Shown here one piece after another: positions 23,061 through 31,961 of a DNA stretch of 32,000 bases; within the stretch, counting starts at the first letter, position 1, and each line of letters starts with the position of its first letter. The notes under the pieces were generated by a model. That model was not told the DNA's origin. It did not search any database and saw only the letters and a list, made by a program, of their open reading frames with translations. The DNA lies in the NCBI RefSeq assembly GCF_000025685.1, contig NC_013967.1, positions 2,430,001-2,462,000 on the forward strand, written 5' to 3'. This DNA comes from Haloferax volcanii DS2. GTDB lineage: Archaea > Halobacteriota > Halobacteria > Halobacteriales > Haloferacaceae. The position numbers and the translations under genes are program-made.

Positions 23061-23510
23061 GTGAACGACGACTACCACCTCGTCCCCGAGTTTCCCGCCC
23101 CCGAGACGTACGTTTCCCTCCGCGACGCCGCGGAGATGCCTCCCCGGTCTCTCGCGGCCGCCGAGCGCGGCGTTCCGAACACGATTTTCGGCGTGCGCGT
23201 CGTCTTCGAGGGGGCGACCGGCGACGAGATAGTCGGTATGGGTCGGCTCGTCGGCGACGGCGGTACCGTCTTTCAGGTCGTCGACGTAGCGGTCCACCCC
23301 GACCATCAGGGCCGCGGGCTCGGCACCCGCGTGATGGACGCGCTCGTGGACTACCTCGACCGCGAGGCCCCGCCGTCGGCGTTCGTGAATCTCCTCGCCG
23401 ACGTGGACGGCTACTACGAGCGCTGGGGGTTCGAACCGACCGCGCCGGCGTCGAAAGGGATGTTTCTCCGAGTGGGCGAGGGCGGCGTCCGCGGGCGCGA
23501 CGAGAACTGA
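23061..23510 (+). CDS. GNAT family N-acetyltransferase
   Basis: The track ORF starts at GTG 23019. I prefer GTG 23061 (MNDDYHLVPEFPAPETY...) from the promoter spacing. The acetyl-CoA binding segment VAVHPDHQGRGLGTRVMDALV (Q/RxxGxG/A) is present. Confidence 0.7.
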   Translation: MNDDYHLVPEFPAPETYVSLRDAAEMPPRSLAAAERGVPNTIFGVRVVFEGATGDEIVGMGRLVGDGGTVFQVVDVAVHPDHQGRGLGTRVMDALVDYLDREAPPSAFVNLLADVDGYYERWGFEPTAPASKGMFLRVGEGGVRGRDEN

Positions 23511-23567
23511 GAACCGAGCGGAGTGTGAATCGGCGGGGCGACGCGTCTTCGGCGCGCAACCGACCGC

Positions 23568-24857
23568 TCAGGCGGCGGTGGGCTCCCGCGGTTCGGGCTG
23601 TGCCTCGACCGGTTCGGCGAAGGCGTAGACGGTCTGGTGGGCGGTCACCGTCACGCGGGCGAAGTCGCCGGGTTCGAGGCCGTGTTCGGTGGCGTTCTGG
23701 ACGATTATCTGGCGGTAGGCCTCGTCGCGGCATTTCACGGAGTCGCCGGTACCCTCCTCGACGACGAGCACGTCGCGCTCCGTGCCGACCATCTCGTCGT
23801 ACGCGGCGGCGACGATGTCCATCTTCGCCTCGGACATCTCCTTGGAGCGCTCCTTTTTGAGCGTCCCGCCGAGGCCCTTCAGGTCCGCGGCGTCGGTGCC
23901 GGGGCGCTTCGAGAAGCGCGTGACGTTGACCTTCTCGGGGCGAACCTCGCGGAGCAGCTCCATCGACCGCTCGTGGTCCGCGTCGGTCTCGGTCGGGTAG
24001 CCGACGATGAAGTCGGTCGAGAGCGTCCAGTAGTCGAGTTCGCGGTCGAACGTCTCGACGATTTCTCTGAACTTGTCGACGCGGTGCTGGCGACGCATGT
24101 GTTCGAGCACCTCGTCGGAGCCCGACTGCACGGGCGCGTGGATGAAGTTGTAGAGCTTGTCGTGTCGGGCGAACACCGCGGCGAGTTCGTCGCGGATGCC
24201 GTGGACGCCGCCGGGGTTGGCCATGCCGACTCGGACGCGGAACTCGCCGTCGATTTCGGTGCAGATGCGGTCCAGTAGCTCGGGGAGCTTCCGGTCGCCG
24301 TTGTCCCAGCCGTAGACGCCGGTGTCCTGGCCCGTGATGCGGAGTTCCTTCGCGCCGGCGTGGACGAGCGCCCGCGCCTTCTCGACGTTCTCGTCGACCG
24401 AGGGCGAATCCACCCGGCCGGTGGCGAACTTCGTGATGCAGTACGAGCAGTTCGACATACAGCCGCGGGCGATGGGCAGGATGCCGACCACGCCGTCCAA
24501 GACGGGTTCGACGCCGGGGCCGGGGGTCGGACACTCGCCGTTGGTGACGGCGGCCGGCACGTCGTCCCAGTGGAGAATCTGGGCGTCGATGCCCTCCTCG
24601 CGGAAGTCGTTGCCCTGCGCGAGCGCCATACAGCCCGTGATGATGAGGTCCGCCGTCTCCGCCGCCAGCTCTTTGGCCCGACGGAGCATGTTCCGCTCCG
24701 TCTTCTCCACGACCGTACAGGTGTTCATGATGGCGACATCGGCCTCCTCGGGCCCGTCGACGCGGTAGTGGCCGGCGTCGCGGAGCGCGCTCTCGATGGC
24801 GCGGCTCTCGCCGCGGTTCGAGGTGCAGCCGTATGTCTCGATGTGGTATCGGGCCAT
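23568..24857 (-). CDS. mtaB: radical-SAM methylthiotransferase, MiaB/RimO family, archaeal MtaB (t6A37 to ms2t6A) type
   Basis: 429 aa. N-terminal UPF0004 cysteines (YGCTSN, NTCTV, GCMA), a radical-SAM CMSNCSYC cluster motif, and a C-terminal TRAM-like domain. Confidence 0.9.
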   Translation of the reverse strand: MARYHIETYGCTSNRGESRAIESALRDAGHYRVDGPEEADVAIMNTCTVVEKTERNMLRRAKELAAETADLIITGCMALAQGNDFREEGIDAQILHWDDVPAAVTNGECPTPGPGVEPVLDGVVGILPIARGCMSNCSYCITKFATGRVDSPSVDENVEKARALVHAGAKELRITGQDTGVYGWDNGDRKLPELLDRICTEIDGEFRVRVGMANPGGVHGIRDELAAVFARHDKLYNFIHAPVQSGSDEVLEHMRRQHRVDKFREIVETFDRELDYWTLSTDFIVGYPTETDADHERSMELLREVRPEKVNVTRFSKRPGTDAADLKGLGGTLKKERSKEMSEAKMDIVAAAYDEMVGTERDVLVVEEGTGDSVKCRDEAYRQIIVQNATEHGLEPGDFARVTVTAHQTVYAFAEPVEAQPEPREPTAA

Positions 24858-25084
24858 TCGGTTATCCCACGTACCGGGTCAGCGGGCAAAAACGCCGCGG
24901 TCTCCCCCGAGACTGCCGGCGTCCGCGACCCGTGATAGCGTCTCTCGGGGGTCGTCTGCGCGCTCCCTCCGGAGCGTCATCGCCGCATCCGCAGTCTGCC
25001 CTCCGCTTTTTCCGCCTCTCACCTCCCGCTTCCCACTCGCACCCTCGCCACCGCGCCCGGCGAAAAAGTACTTGTCACTGTGCT

Positions 25085-26398
25085 ATGACGTTTCGGTCGA
25101 TGCGTTCCCGCAGGACACCACCCGATTCGCTCTCCGCCAGCGACTCGGCCGGGACCGACGACCCGGCTTCGGCCGCCACCGGCACCAGCACCCGCCGCGG
25201 CGTGCTTCGCCTGCTCGGAGCGGGCGCGGTCGCCGGGGTCGCCGGATGCCTCGGCGGCGACGAGGGACAGACTGACGACGACTTCCCCGAGGGCGTCCGC
25301 TTCGAAGACGGCTGGCGGACCTACGCCCACGACGACGCGAACACCGCGTTCCTCCGCGACGGAACGGCCATCTCCGAGCCGACTATCGAGTACGAACCCG
25401 ACTTCGGGATAGGCTCGACCGAGCCAGTCGCCGCCGACGGGGTGGCTTACACGCCCAGCGACCCGATACGGGCGCTCGACCCGGCCGCCGGCGAGGAGTT
25501 GTGGACCGCACAGGGTGAGGAGTGGACCGCACCGGTCGTCCTCGACGGAATCGTCTACTCGCTCGGTGTGACGGTCCACGGCCCGAACCGACTCGCGCTC
25601 TACCGCGCCCGGACCGGTCGGCTGTTCCGAACTATCGAACTCCCCGGCCGCCCGCGGACGCCACCGGCGTTCTCCAACGACCGCGAGACGCTGTTTCTCG
25701 GCCTCGACGACGAGCGCGTCTGCGCGGTCGATATCGACGCCGCCGAGGTCAAATGGACGCGGTCGCTGTTCGGCGCGGTCCGGCGACCCCTCGCGGTCAA
25801 CCTCCACTCGATTTTCGTGGTCACCGAGGGCCAGCGGCTCTACTGCCTCGGAACTGACGGACGTGCCCGCTGGCAGACTCCGACCGAGACGGTCGAAACC
25901 GTCGCGCCGGTCGTCGGCGACGAGCGGGTGTACATCGCCGGTTGGGACCGCATCGCCGCGCTCGAACGGCGGAACGGCGACGTGGTCTGGGAGGACGACC
26001 GCGGCGTCCACGAACGCCTCGCGTTCGACGGCGATCGCCTCTACGCGGTTCGCGGGTCGCTCCGGGCGCTCGACAGCGCGACCGGCGAGGAGCGGTGGCG
26101 CTACGACCCCGAAGAGACCGTCTCCGCCGCGAGCGTCGTCGGCGACACGGTCTACGTCGGCACGGGACGCGGCGACCTCGTCGCCCTGAACCGAACCGGC
26201 GACGGTGGCCTGTTCGGTGACCGCGAGCGCTGGTCGATTTCGCTCGGTCGTAACGTCGGCCACTCGCTGGCCGCGACCGACCGCCGGGTGCTCTGTCCGC
26301 TCGTCCGCGACGACGGCCTGCCGAGCATAACTGTCGTCGCCGACGCCGACGAGTCGAGCGCGGGAACGACCGCGGACGCCGGCGGGTCGGAGTCGTGA
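25085..26398 (+). CDS. Tat-exported lipoprotein with PQQ-like beta-propeller repeats, paralog 1
   Basis: The ATG at 25085 gives MTFRSMRSRR...TSTRRGVLRLLGAGAVAGVAGCLGG (twin-Arg plus lipobox). Repeated blades of the form (V/L)Y(V/I)G..D..L.ALD...G...W follow. 437 aa. Confidence 0.8.
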   Translation: MTFRSMRSRRTPPDSLSASDSAGTDDPASAATGTSTRRGVLRLLGAGAVAGVAGCLGGDEGQTDDDFPEGVRFEDGWRTYAHDDANTAFLRDGTAISEPTIEYEPDFGIGSTEPVAADGVAYTPSDPIRALDPAAGEELWTAQGEEWTAPVVLDGIVYSLGVTVHGPNRLALYRARTGRLFRTIELPGRPRTPPAFSNDRETLFLGLDDERVCAVDIDAAEVKWTRSLFGAVRRPLAVNLHSIFVVTEGQRLYCLGTDGRARWQTPTETVETVAPVVGDERVYIAGWDRIAALERRNGDVVWEDDRGVHERLAFDGDRLYAVRGSLRALDSATGEERWRYDPEETVSAASVVGDTVYVGTGRGDLVALNRTGDGGLFGDRERWSISLGRNVGHSLAATDRRVLCPLVRDDGLPSITVVADADESSAGTTADAGGSES

Positions 26399-27615
26399 CG
26401 AACCCCGACGCGAGACTATCGAGACGGGCGTTCCTCGGGACTCTCGGAACCGGCGCAGCCGTCGGTCTCGCGGGCTGTGTCGGTGGCGATGAGGGCTCCA
26501 CGGGCGACGGGCGCGCCGACTGGCCGCATCCGTATTTCTCGCCGGAGGGAACGGGCTACAACCCCCGTGCGACCGGCCCGGCGTCGAAGCCGAGCGAGTC
26601 GTGGGGCATCGAGGTGAACGGCCTCGAACTGGCACGCCCGGTCGTGTTCGACGAGACGGTGTATCTCGCGACCAGCGAGCGCCTCCGGGCGTTTTCGGCC
26701 GCCGATGGCACCGAGCTGTGGTCGGTCGAAAGCGACACTCAGAGCGGCTTCCGCTCGTCGGTGACGGTCGATTCGGAGCGCGTCTACGTCGGCCATTCCG
26801 GGGCCAGAACCGGCGTGCTCGCGTACACCCATGACGGCGAAGAAGCGTGGCACGCGCCGACCGCGTCGAGCGTCTGGGCACCCGTCGTCCGACCCGAACC
26901 GGACCGCGACTGTCTCTACACCGCTGACACCGCGGGGAACCTCTACCGCGTCCGCGCCAGCGACGGGAGCGTCGAGTGGCGCGAGGAACTGTTCGGCCCG
27001 GTTCGGTCCCTCGCGGCTCGGGACGACACCGTCGTCGCCGGCACGGAGGGCGGCGAGGTGGTCACGTTCCGCGACGAGGGCGTCGAGCGCGGCCTGACCG
27101 GGAACTGGCGAACCAAACACCCGGGCGGCGTGCAGTCGCTCGCAGTCGCCGGGTCGGGCGACGTGTTCGCAGGCTTCTTCGGCGCGGGCGTCGCCCGACT
27201 CAGCGGCGGCCTCCGCGCCGGTGCGGTGGCCTGGCACCAAGAAGACCCCTCGCCCCACGGCTCGCTCGTCGTCGGCCCCCGGCGCATCTTTTCGACCGAC
27301 GGGGCCGGCCTCGACGCCTTCGACAGGCGCGAGGGGTCGCCCGCGTGGCAGGCCGGCGACGACTTCTTCGCCCCGCCCGCCGGTGCCGGCGACACGATAT
27401 TCGTCTCGGACACGAGCGACGACGGCGGCGTCGTCGCCTACGATGCCGGGGGCGGCGTCGGCCTCGACGACACCCGAATCGGGGCCGAGCGCTGGCGCTA
27501 CGACCTCGCGGGGCGCGCCTTGACCGGTCCGACGCCGGCGGGCGACGCGCTGTTCGTCGTCGAATCCGGCGGCGACGACGGACCACGGCGACTCGTCGCG
27601 TTGCGGGCCGGGTAA
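26395..27615 (+). CDS. Tat-exported lipoprotein with PQQ-like beta-propeller repeats, paralog 2
   Basis: The GTG start overlaps the stop of paralog 1 (GTGA at 26395-26398). LSRRAFLGTLGTGAAVGLAGCVGG is followed by repeated beta-propeller blades. 406 aa. Confidence 0.8.
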   Translation: MTNPDARLSRRAFLGTLGTGAAVGLAGCVGGDEGSTGDGRADWPHPYFSPEGTGYNPRATGPASKPSESWGIEVNGLELARPVVFDETVYLATSERLRAFSAADGTELWSVESDTQSGFRSSVTVDSERVYVGHSGARTGVLAYTHDGEEAWHAPTASSVWAPVVRPEPDRDCLYTADTAGNLYRVRASDGSVEWREELFGPVRSLAARDDTVVAGTEGGEVVTFRDEGVERGLTGNWRTKHPGGVQSLAVAGSGDVFAGFFGAGVARLSGGLRAGAVAWHQEDPSPHGSLVVGPRRIFSTDGAGLDAFDRREGSPAWQAGDDFFAPPAGAGDTIFVSDTSDDGGVVAYDAGGGVGLDDTRIGAERWRYDLAGRALTGPTPAGDALFVVESGGDDGPRRLVALRAG

Positions 27616-27640
27616 CAGAGCGATTCGGGGGCGCTCGACA

Positions 27641-27665
27641 GGGTCGTCTCGGGAGACCGCGACCC
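27641..27665. terminator. imperfect GC hairpin between the convergent beta-propeller and antiporter genes
   Basis: GGGTCGTCTC GG GAGAC CGC GACCC: the outer GGGTC/GACCC and inner GTCTC/GAGAC arms pair, with a 3-nt bulge. Confidence 0.3.
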
Positions 27666-28664
27666 TCAGATGAGCCCCAGTATCCACCGCGTGACCTCGG
27701 AGGTCGCGAAGAAGGCACCTTCCACCCGGGAGAGAACCCTCCCGGTCCAGAGCGCGGCGACTATCAGGAGAGTGACCGCGACGAGCCACGCGAACGTCCC
27801 GAGCGCCGAGGCGCTCACCACGAGCGGGCGAGCGACCGCCGCGACGCCGACGATGCCGGTGATGTTGAGGATGTTGCTGCCGACGACGTTGCCCACCGAG
27901 ACCCCGAGGCTCCGCTGTCGGAGCGCAACCAGCGAGACGGCGAACTCCGGCGTCGACGTCCCCGCCGCGACGATTGTGCCGCCGATGACCCACTAGGAGA
28001 CGCCGGCCCCGCGGGCCAGCTCCGAGGCGGCGAGCACCATGTAGTCGCCGCTCACCAACACCAGCGCCAACCCGCCCGCGAGGAACACGGCGTCCCGCCC
28101 GGGGAAGTCGATTCGGTCGGTTATCGGGCGGGTCACGCCGCCGTCTCCGAGCGACTGGTCGGCCGATTGCTCAGTCGATTGCTCGGTTGCTCCATCGGCC
28201 TCAGTCTGGGTGCCACGGAGCAGGTACGCCGTGTAGGCGACGAACGCCGCGACTAAGAGCGCGCCTTCGAGCCTCGTCACCCGGAGGTCGAACAGAACCA
28301 GTCCGCCGAGGAGCGTGCTCGCCAGCAGGGCGACGCCGTCGCGGGAGACGAGCGACTCCGCGACCGGAATCACCCGGAACAGCGAGATGACGCCCAACAC
28401 GAACGCCACGTTGTAGATGTTCGAGCCGAGGACGTTGGCGACCGCGATGTCGCCCAACCGCTTGTACGCGGCGTCGACCGCGACCGAGAGCTCCGGCGTC
28501 GAGGTCCCGATTGCGACGATTGTCAGCCCGATGGTGAGCTCCGAGAGGCCGAACCGCCGAGCCGACCGAACGGCGGCGTCGACCAACAGCCGCGCGCCGA
28601 CCCAGAGCCCGAGCACTGACACGAGAATGACGCCGATTTGAACGACGGGTCCGCCTCTGAGCAT
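27666..28664 (-). pseudogene. Ca2+/cation (Na+/Ca2+) antiporter, CaCA/YrbG family, interrupted by one in-frame TAG
   Basis: The 223-aa ORF (27993-28664) ends ...ELARGAGVS-TAG. The same frame continues as WVIGGTIVAAGTSTPEFAVSLVALRQRSLGVSVGNVVGSNILNITG... to the stop at 27666, 333 codons in total. The alpha-1 repeat GLSELTIGLTIVAIGTSTPELSVAV places the TAG at the position of the conserved Glu. Confidence 0.75.
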
Positions 28665-28727
28665 GGTACTGAGTTCCCGGGAGTCGGATAATCAATGTTG
28701 GGCGCGCGGCGTTCACAATCTATCGAC

Positions 28728-28751
28728 GACCGCGAGACCGCGAGACCGCGA
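28728..28751. repeat. exact 8-nt tandem repeat (GACCGCGA)x3 between the deoC stop and the antiporter promoter
   Basis: Read directly at 28728-28735, 28736-28743 and 28744-28751. Confidence 0.7.
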
Positions 28752-28769
28752 AGCCCCCAGACTGCCGAC

Positions 28770-29408
28770 CTACTCCTCGGGCGCGCCGGAGACGATGTCG
28801 ACGCCCGACGACGCGCCGATGCGCTCCGCGCCGGCTTCGAACATGGCGACCGCCTCGTCGTAGGAGCCGACGCCGCCGGAGGCCTTGACGGGCAGGTACT
28901 CGGCCATGAGTGCCACGTCCTCGACCGTCGCGCCGCCGTCGGCGAAGCCGGTGGAGGTCTTGACGAAGGCGGCGTCGGCCTCGGCGGCCGCCTCGCAGGC
29001 GCGGTGTTTCTCTTCCTCGGTGAGAAGCGCCGTCTCGATGATGACTTTCACGGGAACCGGGACGGCGGCGACGACCTCCGAGATGTCCTCGGTCACGAGT
29101 TCGTCGTCGCCGGCTTTGAGCCGACCGACGTTGATGACCATGTCCAGTTCGTCCGCGCCGGCCTGCCACGCGTCGACGGCCTCCTCGCGCTTGGCCGTCG
29201 TCGTGTGCTGACCGTGGGGGAAGCCGACGACCGTCGCCAGCAACACGTCCGGGGCGTACTCGCTCGCCTCGGCGACGTAGCACGGCGGGATGCAGGCGTT
29301 CATCCCCCACTCGGCGGCGGCGTCGAGGACGGCCTCCACGTCGGCCATCGTCGTCTCGGGTCCGAGGACCGTGTGGTCGATGCGGGCGGCGAGGTCGGCT
29401 CGGTTCAT
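28770..29408 (-). CDS. deoC: deoxyribose-phosphate aldolase
   Basis: The track ORF runs to 30254, but the upstream part is Arg/Asp-rich antisense of the next gene. The ATG at 29408 gives [20 protein letters not shown]...DMVINVG...FVKTSTGF...VKASGGV (Schiff-base Lys region). 212 aa. Confidence 0.9.
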   Translation of the reverse strand: MNRADLAARIDHTVLGPETTMADVEAVLDAAAEWGMNACIPPCYVAEASEYAPDVLLATVVGFPHGQHTTTAKREEAVDAWQAGADELDMVINVGRLKAGDDELVTEDISEVVAAVPVPVKVIIETALLTEEEKHRACEAAAEADAAFVKTSTGFADGGATVEDVALMAEYLPVKASGGVGSYDEAVAMFEAGAERIGASSGVDIVSGAPEE

Positions 29409-29474
29409 ACCCTGTCGAGGCGACCCGAGACTAAAGAACGTAAGGCTTTCACGCCGCCCCACCGCGCCTCCTGC

Positions 29475-30284
29475 ATGGCCATCCTCCCCGAGGGGTTCGC
29501 GCTCCCGCCGCTCCCCTACCTCGTCGCCCTCGTCGCGGGACTCGTCGGCGTCGGCGTCGGACTGACTCGCACGCGCCCGACGGTCACGCCCGCGCACGTC
29601 CTCGCGCTCGTCCCGTGGATGGTGTCGGGGTCGGCGCTGCACGTCCTCTACGTCGTCGACGCGCTCCCGCCCGCGGTCGAACCGCTCGCCGGCACGCCCG
29701 CGGTCTACCTCTCCGTGGCCGTCGTCGCCGGCGCGACGTGGCTCGCGCTCGACGCGGCCGACCTCGCCTCGCCGCAGACGCTCGCGGCTCCGGGGCTGCT
29801 CGTCGCCGCCGGCCTCGCCGGCTTCGCGCTCTTTATCGGCCTCGCCGCCGGGACGCTCTCGGTCGTCTGGCCCGGTACCGCACTCGTCGCCGCGCTCGTC
29901 GTCACCCCGCTGACGTGGCGGGTCGTGACGCGACTCGCACCCGAGGCGGCCGCCGCGGGGTCGCTCGGACTCCTCGCACTCTTCGGGCACGCCCTCGACG
30001 CGCTGTCGACCGCCGTCGGCGTCGACGTGCTCGGCTTCGGCGAGCGGACGCCGCTGTCGCGCGTCATCCTCGACGCCGCCGCGGCGCTCCCGACCGCGGA
30101 GGTCATCGGCGTCGGCTGGCTGTTCGTCCTCGTGAAACTCGCCGTCGCCGGCTTCGTGGTCGCCCTCCTCGCCGACTACGTCCGCGAGGACCCGACCGAG
30201 GGGTCGCTCCTGTTGGGCCTCGTCGCCGCCGTCGGCCTCGGCCCCGGCGTCCACAACCTCCTGTTGTTCGCCATCGCCGGCTGA
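29475..30284 (+). CDS. polytopic membrane protein (DUF63-like, archaeal)
   Basis: The ATG at 29475 gives [22 protein letters not shown]..., 269 aa and about 7 hydrophobic helices. ..[27 protein letters not shown].. resembles the DUF63 family as I recall it; the family assignment is unverified. Confidence 0.7.
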   Translation: MAILPEGFALPPLPYLVALVAGLVGVGVGLTRTRPTVTPAHVLALVPWMVSGSALHVLYVVDALPPAVEPLAGTPAVYLSVAVVAGATWLALDAADLASPQTLAAPGLLVAAGLAGFALFIGLAAGTLSVVWPGTALVAALVVTPLTWRVVTRLAPEAAAAGSLGLLALFGHALDALSTAVGVDVLGFGERTPLSRVILDAAAALPTAEVIGVGWLFVLVKLAVAGFVVALLADYVREDPTEGSLLLGLVAAVGLGPGVHNLLLFAIAG

Positions 30285-30404
30285 GGCCGCGACCCTGTTT
30301 GGGCCGCCCGCCTGCCGGCCTCCGCATGCCCGCTGTTGCGCCGCGCTCCGTAGTCGCCCGACCCGGGAGAGTTATCCCACCGGCGACCCGACCTCCGCGG
30401 ACGC

Positions 30405-31322
30405 ATGTCCCGTGTCATCTGCGCCGGCCACGTCAACTGGGACGTCACCCTCCGCGTGGACGCCCTGCCGGAGCCCGACGGCGAGGCGACCGTCGAGTCG
30501 CGGGTCGGCGCGGGCGGCGGCAGCGCCGCCAACGTCGCCAGCGGCCTCGTCGGCCTCGACGTGCCCGCCGCGCTCCTGGGGAGCGTCGGCGACGACGAAC
30601 ACGGCCACGCCGCCGTCGCCGAACTCGCCTCGAAGGGCGTCGACTGCCGCCACGTCGTCAGCGTCGACGGCGGCCCGACCACGGTCAAGTACATCGTCGT
30701 CGACGCCGCGGGCGAGGTGTTCGTCCTCGGCTCGCCCGGCGTCAACGAGGCGTTCGAGGCGACCGACCTCCCGACCGACCCGCTCGCGGCCGCCGACCAC
30801 CTCCACCTGACGAGCCAGTCGCCCGAGACGGCCGCGACGCTCGCCAGACGGGCCCACGAGGAGGATACGACGGTCAGCTTCGACCCCGGGCGGCGCGTCG
30901 GCGACCGGGGCTACGCCGACGCCCTCCGCGAGGTGGACTTCGTCTTTCTCAACGACCGCGAGGCCGCCACCGCGCTCGGTGAAGCGGCGGTCCAGCGCGG
31001 ACGAGACGCCGCCGCAGACCCCGTCTCAGACGTGGCCGAGGCGCTCGCGCAGACGACGCTCGTTCTCAAACACGGCCCGCGCGGCGCGGAGGTCAGAGAC
31101 GGCGACGACCGACACGTCCACCCGGGCTACCCTATCGACGCGGTTGACACGACCGGCGCGGGCGACGCCTTCGCCTCGGGCTTCATCGCGGCCCGCCTCG
31201 ACGGGGCGACCTACGAGCGGGCGCTGGCGGTCGCCAACGCCTGCGGCGCGCTCACCGCGGCCGAACCGGGCGCGCGGACGCAACTCAGTTGGCGGCGGCT
31301 GGACGACCTCATCGAGGGCTGA
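30405..31322 (+). CDS. PfkB-family carbohydrate/nucleoside kinase (ribokinase-like)
   Basis: 305 aa. N-terminal GAGGGSAANVA and the C-terminal signature DTTGAGDAFASGF. The substrate cannot be inferred from sequence alone. Confidence 0.85.
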   Translation: MSRVICAGHVNWDVTLRVDALPEPDGEATVESRVGAGGGSAANVASGLVGLDVPAALLGSVGDDEHGHAAVAELASKGVDCRHVVSVDGGPTTVKYIVVDAAGEVFVLGSPGVNEAFEATDLPTDPLAAADHLHLTSQSPETAATLARRAHEEDTTVSFDPGRRVGDRGYADALREVDFVFLNDREAATALGEAAVQRGRDAAADPVSDVAEALAQTTLVLKHGPRGAEVRDGDDRHVHPGYPIDAVDTTGAGDAFASGFIAARLDGATYERALAVANACGALTAAEPGARTQLSWRRLDDLIEG

Positions 31323-31390
31323 GCCGCCGCGTCCACGCCGCTCGGCTCCGACCCAACCAGTTTTATCCTCACCAGCCATTCGTCGGGACG

Positions 31391-31921
31391 ATGTTCGACC
31401 ACCTCCCGGCCGCCGTCGCCGCCCTCGACGCCGCGTCGAGCCTCGGCGCAGTCGCCGGGCGACTGCTGCTCGGCGCGGTCGTCGGCGTCGCGGCCGCCGT
31501 CGTGATGGCCATCCCGATGTGGCGGCAGGACGACGGCTTCACCCCGGCGTACGTCGCCGCGGCGGTCGTCCGCCGGACGACGCCCGACGAGGTGAGCTTC
31601 GGCGACGCGAACGTCGCCCACCACGCCGCCGGCGCGCTCGCCGGCGTCCTCTACGCGGTCGTCTACCTCGTCACCGACGCCGTCGCGCCGGACCTCGGCG
31701 TCGCCGGCATCGGCATCGACCTCCCCTCGCACCTCGTCGCGACCGCGGTCGTCGTGGCGTTCATCTACGTCGCGTTCGCCCGGTTTATCTTCCCTCGCGC
31801 CGGCCGGCGCATCTACGGGGAGCGCGCGACGGCGGTCCGCGGGCAGTGGCTCCGCTCCTCGCTCGTGTTCGGGGCGACGCTACTGGTCCTCGCGCCGGCG
31901 ATTTTCCCCGGGTTCGCGTGA
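31391..31921 (+). CDS. hypothetical membrane protein
   Basis: The ATG at 31391 (MFDHLPAAVAALD...) sits about 28 nt after a TATA-like GTTTTATCC. 176 aa and about 4 hydrophobic helices. The track start at 31289 overlaps the PfkB gene end and is basic. Confidence 0.6.
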   Translation: MFDHLPAAVAALDAASSLGAVAGRLLLGAVVGVAAAVVMAIPMWRQDDGFTPAYVAAAVVRRTTPDEVSFGDANVAHHAAGALAGVLYAVVYLVTDAVAPDLGVAGIGIDLPSHLVATAVVVAFIYVAFARFIFPRAGRRIYGERATAVRGQWLRSSLVFGATLLVLAPAIFPGFA

Positions 31922-31949
31922 CGGCGGCTCGGTCGGAAGCCCGGCCGAC

Positions 31950-31961
31950 GGACCGCGGTCC
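31950..31961. terminator. 12-bp palindrome GGACCGCGGTCC downstream of the last gene
   Basis: The sequence equals its own reverse complement and lies about 30 nt after the stop at 31921. Confidence 0.25.

Noticed and set aside
23426-23438. tRNA T-loop-like GGGGGTTCGAACC (also CAGTTCGAATG at 13654-13664)
   Set aside because: The first lies inside the GNAT coding frame (W-G-F-E-P). Neither has flanking sequence that can form acceptor, D or anticodon stems. I could not fold a tRNA or any other structured RNA gene anywhere in the window.
24882-24894. 13-mer CGTTTTTGCCCGC present upstream of mtaB (minus strand) and again at 31984-31996 (plus strand)
   Set aside because: Both look like TATA-containing promoter words, but the gene downstream of the second copy is off-window. 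Chance 12-13-mer repeats are expected in 32 kb of GC-biased sequence on two strands. This is not enough to claim a shared regulatory element.
27993-27995. TAG in the antiporter read as pyrrolysine or another programmed recoding event
   Set aside because: Pyrrolysine decoding needs pylTSBCD, which is known in methanogens, not Halobacteria, and none is visible here. The codon replaces a conserved Glu by a single base change, so a nonsense mutation or base-call error is the simpler explanation. The possibility of read-through is kept only as a test in the finding.
23032-28256. Long Arg-rich ORFs (23032-24534 minus, 25019-26881 minus, 26416-27993 minus, 26976-28256 plus, 20728-22344 plus and similar)
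   Set aside because: All are alternative frames or antisense of genes with clear family signatures. Their composition (poly-Arg/Pro/Gly) is incompatible with the acidic haloarchaeal proteome seen in every supported gene.
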